Source: Aduncisulcus paluster (Eukaryota). From it: 33,191 nucleotides of DNA. Positions 19,031-32,926 of the stretch are shown in pieces. The stretch lies in NCBI GenBank assembly GCA_024181965.1, contig BQXS01010883.1, positions 1-33,191 of the forward strand, written 5' to 3'. A program made the position numbers and the translations under genes. The notes under the pieces are model-generated. The model was not told the origin of the DNA and made no database searches. It worked only from the letters and a program-made list of their open reading frames with translations. Positions within the stretch are counted from its first letter, which is position 1, and each line of letters starts with the position of its first letter.

Positions 19031-20114
19031 TTCGTTCTCTCGTAATTTTTTTCAAGTTTTTTTTTTTTTTTCGTTCATTTATGATTTTTCGTTTCGTTCT
19101 ATATTTATCGTATAACTAGTTTTCTTTTCTTTTCAATGTTCCTAATGGTTAGAATATAAACCAATTCTTTATAACTCTGTTTCTAAAAAGACTTAAAATT
19201 TTACTACTTGCTATTTTTTTGAAGGTTTGAACAATTCGCTCGAACTGTCTATTCTCTAAGAACGCTCCATTCAAACTTTCAAACATACATTTCGCAAATT
19301 ATATTGCAGGAAGGAGAAATCACATATCACCTCCAAATTTTTTTTTTTATCATGAATCATGAACAACATACTATGGCGGAAGATTCATGAAATTTGACAC
19401 GAATTAATTTTTTTATATCGGTGATATGGCGATGAGAATCCGTGAAATATATCCACTCGAATCCAGTAAAATTGAATATCACAGAATATATGAAGTCTCT
19501 TCGAATGAAGAGTGATTGAAGGGAAAAAAAAAACAATTAAATACAAGAAATAGATCTATCGAAATCAGAATCTATTGAATACAATAATTATTCAAATGGG
19601 AATTACAAATGTAAATTAGGGCTCAAAAATATCTCACAATTGAAGACAAAACTAAATAGAATAAAAATACCAAAAAAAAAAGTAGAATCAGAAATAATTG
19701 GTTGAGTAATAAAAATAATTAAATTAAATTAATAATTGGAACCAGGAGACTTGAAACCCCGTCTGAATTGAGTGAAAATACCAAAAAGAACGCAGAAACG
19801 AAACAATATCCATATTTTTTATACCATGAACGGGAGTTGCTGAAATCTCATAAATGATTCCAAAGTGAAGTGTAAACCCCTCACATCCAACAAAAAAAAT
19901 CGACAAAATGTTCAATTTCATCGCGAAAAAAAAAAGAACAAAACAAAACGAAACAAAACAAAACTCCGATATTTTTTCACAACAAATACAGTTTTTGCTC
20001 ACCCATATAACACTGAGCAAAAATTGGATGAAATATAAAACAATCAAACCTAATATATATCCAACTTGGATTATTGGAACTATTCAACAAAATACCAATT
20101 GTGAAGTGAAAATA

Positions 20115-20151
20115 TAATAATAATAATAATAAAAAAAAAAAAAAAAAAAAA
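20115..20151 (+). repeat. (TAA)n microsatellite followed by a poly-A run
   Basis: About five TAA units from 20115, then A21 at 20131-20151. A short (AAAAT)n-type run also lies near 20418-20445. Confidence 0.8.
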
Positions 20152-20457
20152 CGATGATTTGAATCTGAGAAGAAAGTTCATATAAATGAAAAATATAAAA
20201 TGTTGAAATATCTGATACTGTTTCCTCGAGTATCGGATACCTCGAAAGGCTGATGATTCAATATATAAATATACTTCCAAAAATAGAATAATCTTGGGTT
20301 CAAAGACCCTGAACCTAATCGAAATTGAATATAACCGAAATCAGAGTATCGAGTAATGGAAAATGGAGAAGTTGGGAAAATATAAATTGAATATCAACTG
20401 TAAATTAACAAAAAATCAAAATAAAATAAAAATAAAAATAAATAAATTTTCAAAAAA

Positions 20458-23400
20458 TCAGTGAGCTTCATTTAAATTCTTTGATCGAGAATTGACATTC
20501 GAAACGGCTCCGAGCAAGTTTGGAGCAGAGGTGAATGTTCGAATTGTCATATCGCCCGAATAAGATAAAGTAGAATCTCGAGTTGTCTGATAAAACAATG
20601 GAGTGGCAGAATCCTTTCTTGAGAGATTCATAGATCCATGCCTCATAACAAAAGTCTCTTGTTTCGCCTTTTTCTTTTGGGATTTTTTGTACATACATAT
20701 TCCCACAATCAAACCAACAATCGTGACGAACAAACAAGCTAGGACAACATATAGAACAAGAAGATTTGAGGAATGATCAACCCAAATTTCTGTGACAACA
20801 CAACCATACAATACATGATCAAAATGACACACAATATCATAATCATCATCATCACTGGGACCACACGCATTTTCACTAATTTCCACACTGTCACTTGTTG
20901 AGCAGAACATAGTGAAGCCATCTCTAACCTTTCGACGAGAATCAAGTTTCGTATACACATCATCAATAGTGGAATCAGCAACCAAATCGAGTGATTCAAA
21001 ATGAGGAATAGCATCTTCGAGCGATAATTTCCAGTCAAAAGGAATAAACACATCTTCAAGAGAATCATCTTCAAGATCTGCACTGCTCCTCGTCTTTCGA
21101 GCAACAACCCGTGACCATGACCATTCGAGAGCAATCAAGGCACCTTTAGATTCCAAAGACAACAAATACTCATCAATAGATTGATCAATGGTCGAGTAAC
21201 AGTATGAACAAACCTCACGGGCGATTGAAGTGTTGATGACAGCAATTTCATCATCATGGGCAATACTAACAGGATCATATATCTGAACAGCACCTGAAAT
21301 GGAGGAAGAATAGGTGTTTGGATGATGTTGTTCACCAATACCAACATTCCACCATTGTTTCCATTCATAGCCATTCCCTAAAATCCCCAGAGCTTCAGCC
21401 TCTTCTCCTACATACACCCAGTGGATACTATCGTGGATAAGGCTTGTCAAAGAGAGCAGGAGATGACTCTGACCACCAAACATTGAACTCAAGAAAGGAC
21501 TGTTTGAGCACGATCCTTCCTCTTCCTCTTCTTCTTCTTGACATTCAGATATCATATCAAGAAGCTCAAAGACCATCGATAAGATCATATCACTATCATT
21601 AAGACTCCCAAGAACCCTATTGGACTCAATTAAATGTGAGCACATAGATACCCATAGAATGAAATCACTCATGAAATCATCCCATTCTCTTCCACTCTCT
21701 GCCTGTGGGATCAAAGATAATTCTGGATACGAATCCAAGAATTGGAGAGTTGTTTTGGCATCTAGCTCATATGAATCCCCACTATTTCCAAGTTGTTCCA
21801 TGAAGAAAGAATAATAATACCAGAAGACTTGACAAGACTGAGTAAGCAATTGTACCATAAATTGATTGATTGTAACCACGGTATCATCCAAATTATCAAC
21901 AAAAGCAGCCAACATTCCTGACAAATCAAGTAAATTATTCAACGCTAGTCTAACCAAACCAAGAGTCGAGCCACGGTCATCATTAACAAAGTAATCATTG
22001 AAGATGCCAATATCAAGAGCCTCTGTGGATAGATAGATGATTTGTTCCGCCACGCCAAACGCCTCGAATACGTCAATTGCATTAATGGCCTTCTTAAATT
22101 GCACAAATAATTCAGGAATTTCAATTTGAACAAGATAGCATGTTGTTACTCCAGTTCGGTGTGGAATTGACATAGATATACCATACAAACCATAATACAA
22201 TGGAAGCAAAAATGTTTCTCGTTGTTTTATATAAATTTCCATGGGTTCGGTCTGAACGGCTCCAATCATATTGCTGTAAACAACACTCAAGGATAAAGAT
22301 ACAGCCTCGCCTTCAGATTCTTGAGAACCTAATGGATTTTCAAATGACCTATCATCAGCGATAAAGTTTGATAAAAACGCACAAGAAATTATAATGTCAA
22401 TTTCGTCGTCAAAAGTCGATAAAACGTCCACTCCATTGATCTGAAGAGATTTTCGCACCATTCCAGTTTCATCATCGTTTGATCTATTTGTGAGGCTTCC
22501 GAAACGTATCCTCATATTTGAAGACTTCACAGGATCTTCTGCTGCAGAAAATTCTTCATCGATGCATGAGATATATCCGAGTGAAGCATCATCGGCGATA
22601 TAATAAACGACAGAATCACAGTAATTTCCATCATAATCACGAATAGAATAACCAATATCCTCACATAGGAATGGATATTCCTCAGATCCATCATACAATT
22701 CTGGAGAAACAGAATGGAATATCTTCGATTGAGTATGAGAATGTACAGGTTGGATTGAATGATCGTATCTCAATGTAGCGGTGGACTCATCGCTCAAAGA
22801 GGATATGGTAAGTTGGAGAGGTAAGGATCTCGTTGAATACGCCCTTAATCGATACACTAACTCAGATGGAGTGAATAGAAGAAATGGGGAACTATTAGAT
22901 GAAAATACGAGATAGTCAAGCATTTCTTGTCTCTCTTCATCCGTGTAGTCCGAAAATACTCCATCTGCAAGAAGTTCCCAAGAAAATTCGAGGTCCGATA
23001 AATTTCCTTTTGACACTGATATTTCTGGAACAATGAGAGAATGCTTCCCACTCAAATCCGAAGAAGATGGGATAGTAACAGCAAATGGAAGATCATCGCC
23101 AACAACGGTCACATGGGCATCTGAAACGGCCATTGTGGTGACATCGGTGTGTATGAATTGCAACTGAGTTCCAGTGGGAGTGTATGAATCAATGTACACT
23201 GAGAGACTTCGTGAGACGGAAGAGTTTTCAGAAGTGTAAACAGAAGTTATTGAATGTGAAACCGTATCGCCAGAAATTCCCAAATTATCGACTTGCCATC
23301 CACCTTGACGTTGATCGCCATCTTCTTCCTCATCGATTCGGCCCTGAACATTGATTTGAACCTTCTGATTCTTTGGTGCAAGTAAACATCCTTCCTTGAC

Positions 23401-26400
23401 GAGCACCTTTTCATTCTTTGTATCGAGGCTGAAAGGAACAGAAAAACTAAATTTTACACTCCCATCATCTTTTTCTCCAATCACATTACAAAGATAATCT
23501 CCACCGAGATCGTATCCAGGATTCATGAACAAAGTTGAGCCACCAAAGTATTCAAACGAAGTGTGAGTTACATCATTGACACATTCCCAGGAGAAGGAAT
23601 ATTCCATTGTTAAGAAGGGAAGATAGGCATCAACGTAAGAAGAAGGCGGATGAGTGAGAGGATATAGAGTATCTGCAGATGAACTTGATGAAACACTCGA
23701 GTTTGAACAGGTGTATTCGTCGTAAATGACATCAAGAGGAACAACGAGTAAATCTTTGGTGGTTGTTTTGGGAAGATAATAAGACTGAATAAGAGATGGA
23801 ATCTTTGAGGTGGTCAACTTAATATCGTAAGAATCAGAACTCCAATCAGAGAAAAGACTTCGAATCTTAACGGTTATGGTTAAATCTCGAACTCCATAAT
23901 TCCACAAATCAGTCAAATAATAAGAATGCAATTCAAATTGAGTAGAAGAGTGGATATCACAAAAGTCCTCAGAATCCACAAGGAATATTCCTTGCATCTT
24001 AGCTAAAACACTCTGAATGTCTTCATAGTAATCTGAGGAGGTTGTGATCTCTGGACTTGTAACGATAATGATGAAATCTAGCACACCCCAACCCTCAAAA
24101 TAGACGATATCATATAAGTTAATTGTGAAGGATCTGACCTGAACAGTGTCATCATCATCACAAACTCCAAATGTCAATGAATGAGGGAACATCAGTGTTG
24201 GTAAAGTGGGTGCAGCAACCACTCTGAATAAATCAGAAGAGAGAGTGAGAACAAGGTCATCAGAGGAGCTCCTATAGGATGTTGCATCGTAGAGAACGGA
24301 TGACTTGAGGATAAGATCATCCGCATAAAGAGTTGAGAAAGTTGATGGATAAATATAGATCACAGAATAGAGTGGGTGGAAAATATCAACATTTGAAGCA
24401 CTGATAATTTCATCAGTTTCTCTATATTGAGTTGTAATAAAACATTCTGATTCAATTTCAACAAGGGGTTTAAAGTTTGACGCAAGATCCCACTCTCCGC
24501 ATATGTCCTCATGCAAGAGACTCCGACAATCAAACCATTCACCAGAAATATCCTCTCCAACAGTTTCAGTTCCAATGACAGAACGATGTGACGAAGTAAA
24601 ATATGTCTCATATTCTGAATCATTAATATAAATCAAACGTTTGAACTCGATGCGCACCCGTTTGTGCTCAATCTGGACAGATACATCATTAATCGATGGA
24701 ATCATAATAAGTTCACAATAGTCTCCACCAAATCCATCATCACAATCACAGCCAAACTCCATACAGAGACCTTTTCCGCTACAATTTAAGTAACATTGAC
24801 AGTAATCTCCACCATATCCTTGGAAACAGGTACATCCAGCACCATTGGACACACCATACACACATGAACCATCGGGAGTATAATTATCACATGAATCTCC
24901 ACTGAATCCAGAGTTACAAACACAAGCTCCCGTTGAGACATTACACTCACCTCCCTCAATGTTCTCAGAGCAACCATTAGGGCAGTCCATATCAGCACAA
25001 CTTTCGCCAGAATATCCATCAGCACAGAAACAAATACCAGAATAGCAAATTCCGCCATTTTCACAGGAAGGATCACATTCGACAAGAGGAGATGCTACAC
25101 TACAGCTATCGCCCTGATAGCCACCTTCACAAGAGCATTCCTGCAAACCAGTCAACTTGTTACCTGTGCATGTTCCATGATCGTTACAATAAGAATAGAA
25201 GGAACAAGATGGAATAGTGCACACATCGGGTGAAATGGATCCAGAAGTATCGAAAAAAGACATTGGATTCTCAATATCCCCTTCAAGGGAATTAATCTCC
25301 CATCCACCTTTACACTCAGTGCATAGTTCTCCGCCATATCTAGATGCACACTCACATACACGGGATTCATTTGCACTCAGAATACTATCCGAGCCATTCT
25401 TAATATCCCACTCGTTGTCTTGAACACAAACTCCATATACACACTCACTTGGACAATGTAATGGTTGGATATCAAAGTAAGAAAAAGCAGAATCGGAATC
25501 AGTGTCATCGTTCATCTGAGGAACAATATCGACCATGAAATCAAATCCAAATTCATCAAGATCTAATCCCTCACAACCCTCAATTCCAGTCAAATCAAAT
25601 GTCGAGGAATCAGGGAACGATGGAGAATACTCATAATCCTCGCCAACAGAGCTGAATATTGTTAACATTGGACGTACTTTTGAACTGATATCGATGGCAT
25701 CTGGAAGAGAATATTCGAATCTCACAAGCCCATTTCGGTACAAACTAATTTGCACTTCAACGAGGAAAGAAAGAGTTTCAATGGTACTTTGTATCACAAT
25801 ACGATGCGCACAACAAGCACAGCCACTCTCGGCATCATTTTCATCAACAAAGAAATAATAAGGGGCGCTGACTTCACTGTTAATGGGGGTTAGTTCACCG
25901 ACAGCCTCACCGTCATCGTCCAAGAAGAACAGAGAACCATCCACAACTTGAATAAAACTAACAGAATAGGAGAGCAATGGGAATTTCCACACCGGTAGAG
26001 AGACAATACAAGAGGATGAGGAATCTGAGGAACACTTCGAAGATGAGAAAGAACCAATGAGTGATAAATCTGGTACAATTCCACCTCTATTAATAGTGGT
26101 ACTGAAGGTTGTATCAGAAATCAGTGAGGAATAATCAGGAGAACAAGAATAGATAATTGAATCGTTGGTTTTTGAAGCCGAGGGAACAACTTCATAATCT
26201 GAGGAACTCTTTACAATACAAGCAGTCAAACGTTTCGAGTAATGCCCAAGAGAGTAATCATTGAACAGATATTCAATTGATAATGCATTTGGTGCTTCTT
26301 CGTCAAATAAAGCTGATTCGAGAACATTTTGGAATTGGACTTGAGTATTTTTCACTCGAACAACACTACTTTCAATTCCAAGTTCACTATCTTCTGCTAT

Positions 26401-29400
26401 AATAACACTCCCATGAATATCTATTCCGCTCACACGGATATTTGAATGGCTATCAATTAAAAGATTACAAATATTTGACAAATTTACATGAGAAAGAGTA
26501 ACATCAAGAAACGGCGAGGAATCAATATCATAAAATGTTGAATCAGCAGATGTACATCCACAAACCGAAGTATCATCGGAAATTGCGTAACAATATTTCG
26601 ATTCACACCTTCCGTGACAGTTTGGAGTGATGCAATCATTGGCTTCATCGCCCCAATATGCAAATGAGCATGTATCACAAGAATCGCCAGTCCAATGCTC
26701 ATTGCACGAACATGATACCGTTCCATCAGATGAAGAAACAAGAGAACCATTAGTGCACTTCATCGATACAAGCAGGGCAGCAGATGTTGAATCAGAAGAT
26801 GACATTGACACGATAGAATATTCAGAATATGTGTCCACCTCGGAATCCTCAACCAGAGAAAGACTCAAAGGAATAGAAATTCCTGATTCTGACAATGTTG
26901 TGTATTTTTGGTAACGCAAACTGTTTTCGGACATTTGGATGAATGATACAGCTCCCCCTGGAGGCAATCCACTTCCTCCATTGACACTCAATGGATGAGG
27001 AGTTATACCAATGTTATAAGCACCGTTGGAAATCAGTTTTGGATAGATGTTCTGTGTTCCAGTGATATAATAAATATCAATGGCTCCTCCACGACTGATT
27101 CTAATACGAATATCAGAACCAGCATCTGTGATAAAAACAATCCAGAGACCAATGAATAAACCAGAGTTGCTGGATGAAGAATACCCAAGACCCTTGAGAT
27201 ATAAATTACTGAGAAGCTCTCCATCGGGAAGGATATTGTTGAGTAAGTGAATACAAGATGTTACACTTGATCCAACATAAGTACCGCAGATTTGTCCAGT
27301 TGCAGGAATTGTGAAAGTCATCGTGGCAATTCCAATTCCAAAGGGGGTGTAGACGGGAAGAACAAATGTACGCCCAATCACATGTTCGTAAAGTTCTGAA
27401 TCGTCAAGACTAACCACAGTGGGTAACAGGATCGTACCAAAATTGGGATCACTTTCATCGAGAGAAGCGATATCAGTGGTAGCAACCATTGATACAGACG
27501 TAGGGGGATGTAATATATGAGTGAACACCAAGGGATTTGAGTGATTAGAGACATCAACGGGCAAGAATCCCATCACATCAAGACAAAATCCTCTTTCAAC
27601 AACCCCACTAACAGTATCAGATATCAAGTTATAGAGGTTGAATGCAGACCCATAGAAACTGATTGTTGATCCAAAGAGAAGTGTAACTGGAGGGTTATTC
27701 ACAGCCATTCCAAAGAAATCAATGTGCCCACCAAAGCCACCGATAGTACATCTTGTGTTACTGGATGTGAGAGACAAAGTATTGCCAGATGTAACATTCA
27801 CACCAAGCTGACAATATTTGAACGAATTGGAACCAAGGGCAATACATGTAACTCCACGGACATCTATCTCCCGGCTGATACTATTATCAGTATCTATTGC
27901 ATTAAACACAGTGAAATCTCTCGAAATAATGTTGGAATCCGTCACAGAGTTCATCGGAGCATCAAATGAACACCTCGGTTCCTCACAAAATTCTCCAGTA
28001 AAAGCGAAAGAAGTACAAGCACATATTGAATAAGTAGAAGACCATACACCATGAAGACACATCTTCGAGTGAGTTGCTGCAGCGGGCCACATTCCAGCGA
28101 AATACGACGAAAAGAACGTGAACACAACACCTCCAGATGCTGGCGCCATGCTTTGGGGTGCCAATTGGACAGAAAAAACACCACCAACAACGAAAGTATC
28201 ATCGATTTCAGTTCCGTTCACTGTTGGGGTTGTCAATGCACTAAAATAGAGGTATTCCTGATCACTTGTGGTTGGAGATGAGGAGGAAGTCGGAGGTCCA
28301 ATGTTTGCAATCAGAGTAAAGTATCCAGCATAAGATCCATGAACAGCAACGAGTGGTGAATCGATAGTTTCCTCATTGCCAAAGTCATCTTCAACATACT
28401 TTCTGTTCCAGAGGACAAGCCAATGGCCACTCCACAAAAGAGGAGATTCATGGGTGGTTGAAGCATTTTCACTCAATGGAAAGAGAGAGGAATGGGTTGG
28501 AGGGGGAGCATCTTGGTAAAGAGTCATGTAGTTCACAAGCTTAGCATCTTCTTTAGAAATCAACCCAGAGATGGAAACAGTAAAATCCTGACGTCCACCG
28601 AACACACATCCAAATTCACCGACTCCAGCATCACCTTCAACTTCTTCCCACCGAACATAAGGTTGAATGGATAACCCACGAGCATTTGGGAGAGCAACTC
28701 CCGGTTGTATGGCAAAATCACAATCATCGACCACAGTGTCGAACGAAGTCATATCAGACGATCCATAACACTCAGATACAGTGAACTCCATTGGAGTGTG
28801 AACAGGATCTGAAGGGAAGAAAAGATCGTGATTTGAACCACTGAAATGGTTGAGGGCATCTTCACCGGGAGCATATATCATTTCTGTTGATACATCAAAT
28901 TCTCCAGATAAATACTGCTGGAGGAAAATGTCGGATGTTCCTAATCCACCTCCACTCGGACCAATACCAACATTCTTGATTCTCACAACTCCAGTAGTTC
29001 CAAGCCTAACCATATTTGCCAATTGAGTTGGATATTCATTCGTTTCGACATAAAATTGTGAATAGAGCTCACCAAACAAGAATAACCGCTGTCCGGGCAG
29101 TAAATGAGGACGAATTTCATTATAAGCCAGAGTTCCACTCACAATCACATCCTTGGGTAACGATTTTTCAAAGAAATAAGGGCTGTATGTTGTTTTCTCA
29201 TTGAATAGAGATATAACTTGAGTAAATTCTTTATCACCAATAGCATACAACTCACGAGCAATTTCATCGGAACAAGACCCATCGCTTGATTGAACATATT
29301 TGGGAGAACACTCACAATAATCCCCTGAAGTATCATGTGTTGCTAGGGTGACGGAACTGGTCACTGAGGATGGACCATTGGTCGCCAAATCAACGAGCGA

Positions 29401-32400
29401 GTCAAAGCTACAAACTCCATGATTACAGGGTAAATCTGAACATCTATTAGAATTGACAATGGCCAATGAACGAGAGTAATCATACCCGAAATAATATGGA
29501 TTTACATCAAAAATAAACGAAGTCTGTTCTGTGATAGAATGCGATGACAAAATTACCCATTTTTTGTTACTATAAACCCCAATGTCTATATCGACAGCCA
29601 ATTTCTTAATTTTCCAGGCTGCGTATTGATTATTTCTGGCATCAGCATCCTTGATATTCATTCTAACAGATATATAACCTGTACTGCTGACAGAAAAGAC
29701 GAGAGGAGAGTAGTCAGTGAAAGAAGGATGAGATGGAAGGAAAGACACATTGAGAATTTCAGTTGTACTGCTATTAATTGAATCGTCAATATCAATAATA
29801 CTGCCACCATTCCATTCAGAATACACCGTAACGACATCATAGGCCACACAGTCCTCTGTGAAGGACCCCTTGAGACGAACACGGAAACGCTCGGCCATGA
29901 CATTATCCTCATCCTCACTACAAAAAGAAAGGACAAAACTGCTATCATTATGGGAAACGAATGCATGAGTAGCATATGAATCAGTTATAGAGTACGATGG
30001 GAGAGGTATAGGGAAAGGGAACTCAAAGATATTGTCTGGAATTGCCAGGGTTGGCTGGCTTTCAGTTGGAATTGTATATTCATTCGCAACAAAAGATTCG
30101 AGAACTTGAGACCGAGGAATCCAGTGTTCATGCCAAAAAGCAGATGTATCTTGAGCATATGAGAGAGGAATGCTCTCAAGGGCAAGAATGTATGAATAGC
30201 CACACGAGCTATCCGTCACTCTTAAAGAACTACTGTAGTCATCGGGGAACACAATTCCATTCTTGTGAGAGTGGGTGAGAGAGAAATGATGTATCAATGG
30301 CCTGGTAGTATCGAGAGATGAGTATTTAGAAAGAACGTCTGACTCTGAGAGGAACATGGTATCAGAGAGTGTCGGTGCAACAGATCTATCCATGGGAGCA
30401 GAATAGATATCAATAGACACACTAACTCCATACATAGGGAGAACATTGGTCCAAGAGGCATCTGCAGAAATGAGAGCGCGAACAAATACACTCACTTTGC
30501 CAAATACATCAACAAAAACATATGCCTTCATTCCTTGGTGGCTATTCTTAGTAAAAGACCCAATCACACTTGAAACACCAATGTCGTCAAAATATCCGGC
30601 CGTGTGGTCCAAATCGTCACATATACAGTGTGCAGAATCAATGGCAGCGACTGTTGCATGACCATCAACGTGAATAACTGCTAGTGTATCTCGATCACCA
30701 TCAATGGAACAGTCAGCGGATGAACACTCGGACAATAATATCCACTTGAATGATACAATTTCTAAATCATCTGAACAAGAACAATTGAATTTAATGGAAT
30801 CAATTGTTTTTGTAATTGAGAGCGAAGAATCCTCATTTTCCCAGCATTGGAAAGGGAAATCCATATTGATGGCGTCATATTCGCTAATCTCAAGTCTCCC
30901 AAGAGATACATCAACTCCTGTTTCTGAATAGAGCATTCCATTTGATTTCATTTCTTCGCTTTGTTCCTCAATCCACAGAGAATCCATGACAGAGAAATCG
31001 GTAGAGTACGAAGTAAAAGAACCATTTTGAAGACTAGTGGCAGGAATGTAGATCACAGAACTCTGGGACAAGACTGTATGTGCGACAAAAGTGGCACCAA
31101 CCACCAGATCGATGGAACAGTCCCCCTCGAAAGAAGAGAAGGCCAGGAATCCAGACTCACAGACACAGGCCAAGTACTTGATTTCATCTCCGTTATACAC
31201 GGTGGAACATGCACAATCAGACTCGAGATCATCTCCACGGACAAATGACACAGCCATGTGATCCTCGATGGCTCCAAGAGTTGTTGTCACCATTGTACTT
31301 GACTTGTCTCTAGAGAAAGAAGCGTCAAGGGTATCTGTGCTGGTAAAGATAAAGGAAACAGAGGAGAAATCATAATAGGTATGAAAACTTGAGAAGTGAA
31401 TGATGTCTATTCCAGAGTTGACAAGAGCACTCTCACACACATCTCCAATAGGACTAGTGATGAAAGGATAGTCTCCGCATGTATCAGGACTGTCGCATGA
31501 ACAGTAAGAAGCATATACATTGGTGATGTAATGTTGCGAAGAGTACAGTCCAGGAACAATGATGGAGGAGGGGAGCAACGTGTGCACATTGTTCGCGATC
31601 GAGTAGTATCCAGACTCAAAGGCAGTGATGTCATCAACAAAGGTTTGACCGTACTCAGAGATGCCAGTGTCAGCAAGGAGAGAGGAGATGGAAGGAAGGA
31701 TGAGACTATTCCTTCTCATAAAGGCGAAACTAATACATTCTCCAGTCTCAGAGCTGTATAAATCCTCATTATCGGAGCTAATAGCCACTGGACATGCCAT
31801 TTTCGAAGGATTCAGTGAGATATCCANNNNNNNNNNNNNNNNNNNNTTGACCGTACTCAGAGATGCCAGTGTCAGCAAGGAGAGAGGAGATGGAAGGAAG
31901 GATGAGACTATTCCTTCTCATAAAGGCGAAACTAATACATTCTCCAGTCTCAGAGCTGTATAAATCCTCATTATCGGAGCTAATAGCCACTGGACATGCC
32001 ATTTTCGAAGGATTCAGTGAGATATCCAATTGAGGACCTCCTCTGTGGTCCTCAATCAATACAGAAGGGAATGTTGGGCCATCACTGGATATTATAGCAA
32101 AATCTGATATTGTAGAATCATCATTACATGCAATAACAACGGAAACCTCACCCATTCTTCCCAATCTGATCCAGAATCCATTACCAACTTGGAGAACGAT
32201 ACCCTTGGATGAAAAGGTTTCTGTTGTATACACATTGAGTACAGAAGTATCAGATAGAGTGTGGGGTAGATTGGAAAAGGTGAAAGAGGAGATCGGTACA
32301 TCATCAAAACGAGAAAACTGAAATTCCAAAGAATCTGAGGAAGACACATCAATATTCAGATGTAAAACAGAAAAATCGAATCCCAATCCAATAGGAATCG

Positions 32401-32926
32401 GCATAGGTAACAATCTTTTGGAAGCATTTAAAGCACCAGATGATAAGGTGAAGGAACTTGATGACGAGAGTGTCAACGAGTCAATGGGCGGAAAACAAAT
32501 TCCTGCAGAGAGGAATAAGTTATTTATATGAAGATTTTCATTGGAGCATGCCACATTTTCTCCAAGATGGTAATATGACGCTGGCATTGAAAAAAACAAA
32601 GGAATTGAAGAATCAGAGAATGTAATGTTTTCAGTAAATGGTGCCAAAAGAATAAAATTATCTTCTGATGATCGATCAACTTCTAAGGTGTGGAGAATTA
32701 ACGTGGTACCAAAATCTCCAAATACAGATAATCCATAGGGCAAAGATTCCGAACAATTGTAAAGTTCAAGTGTTCCGTTTTTGTCTATTAAACCAATGCT
32801 TAGTGAAGAATCATCAGAAGCTAGAGAAATACCGTTTGGAATTAGAACGGAATTATTTGTGAAAATAGGGAGAAAAAGAAGAAATAAAAAGATTATCCAT
32901 AGTGGATATTTATAAAATACGACCAT
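20458..32926 (-). CDS. Giant type I membrane protein (~4,088 aa after collapsing the gap duplication) with signal peptide, EGF repeats, one TM helix and a short cytoplasmic tail
   Basis: ATG 32926 gives MVVFYKYPLWIIFLFLLFLPIFT (signal-like). ORFs 31778..32956 and 20458..31878 share the duplicated peptide DISLNPSKMACP...ISEYGQ. Removing 202 nt leaves 12,267 nt = 4,089 codons in one frame. EGF cluster at ~24710-25460; TM LLVLYVVLACLFVTIVGLIVGICMY followed by KKSQKKKAK; stop is TGA. Confidence 0.88.
31645..32028. repeat. Direct duplication flanking a scaffold gap: 31645-31826 = 31847-32028 (assembly artefact)
   Basis: Two 182-nt copies, identical by eye, sit either side of 20 N (31827-31846). 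Confidence 0.92.

Noticed and set aside
19724..20280. Short ORFs 19724..20047, 19908..20117 and 20080..20280
   Set aside because: They are low-complexity translations of poly-A/T and microsatellite tracts with non-ATG or doubtful starts and no motifs.
20222..20320. Hairpins and a GGTTCAA B-box-like string suggesting a tRNA
   Set aside because: No cloverleaf, acceptor stem or A-box could be built.
31231..31239. RGD tripeptide in the giant protein
   Set aside because: One RGD is expected by chance in ~4,000 aa, and there is no evidence for integrin-type binding.
600..32862. Numerous 60-170 aa ORFs antisense to or out of frame within the main genes
   Set aside because: These are shadow ORFs of long coding regions with no recognisable domains.
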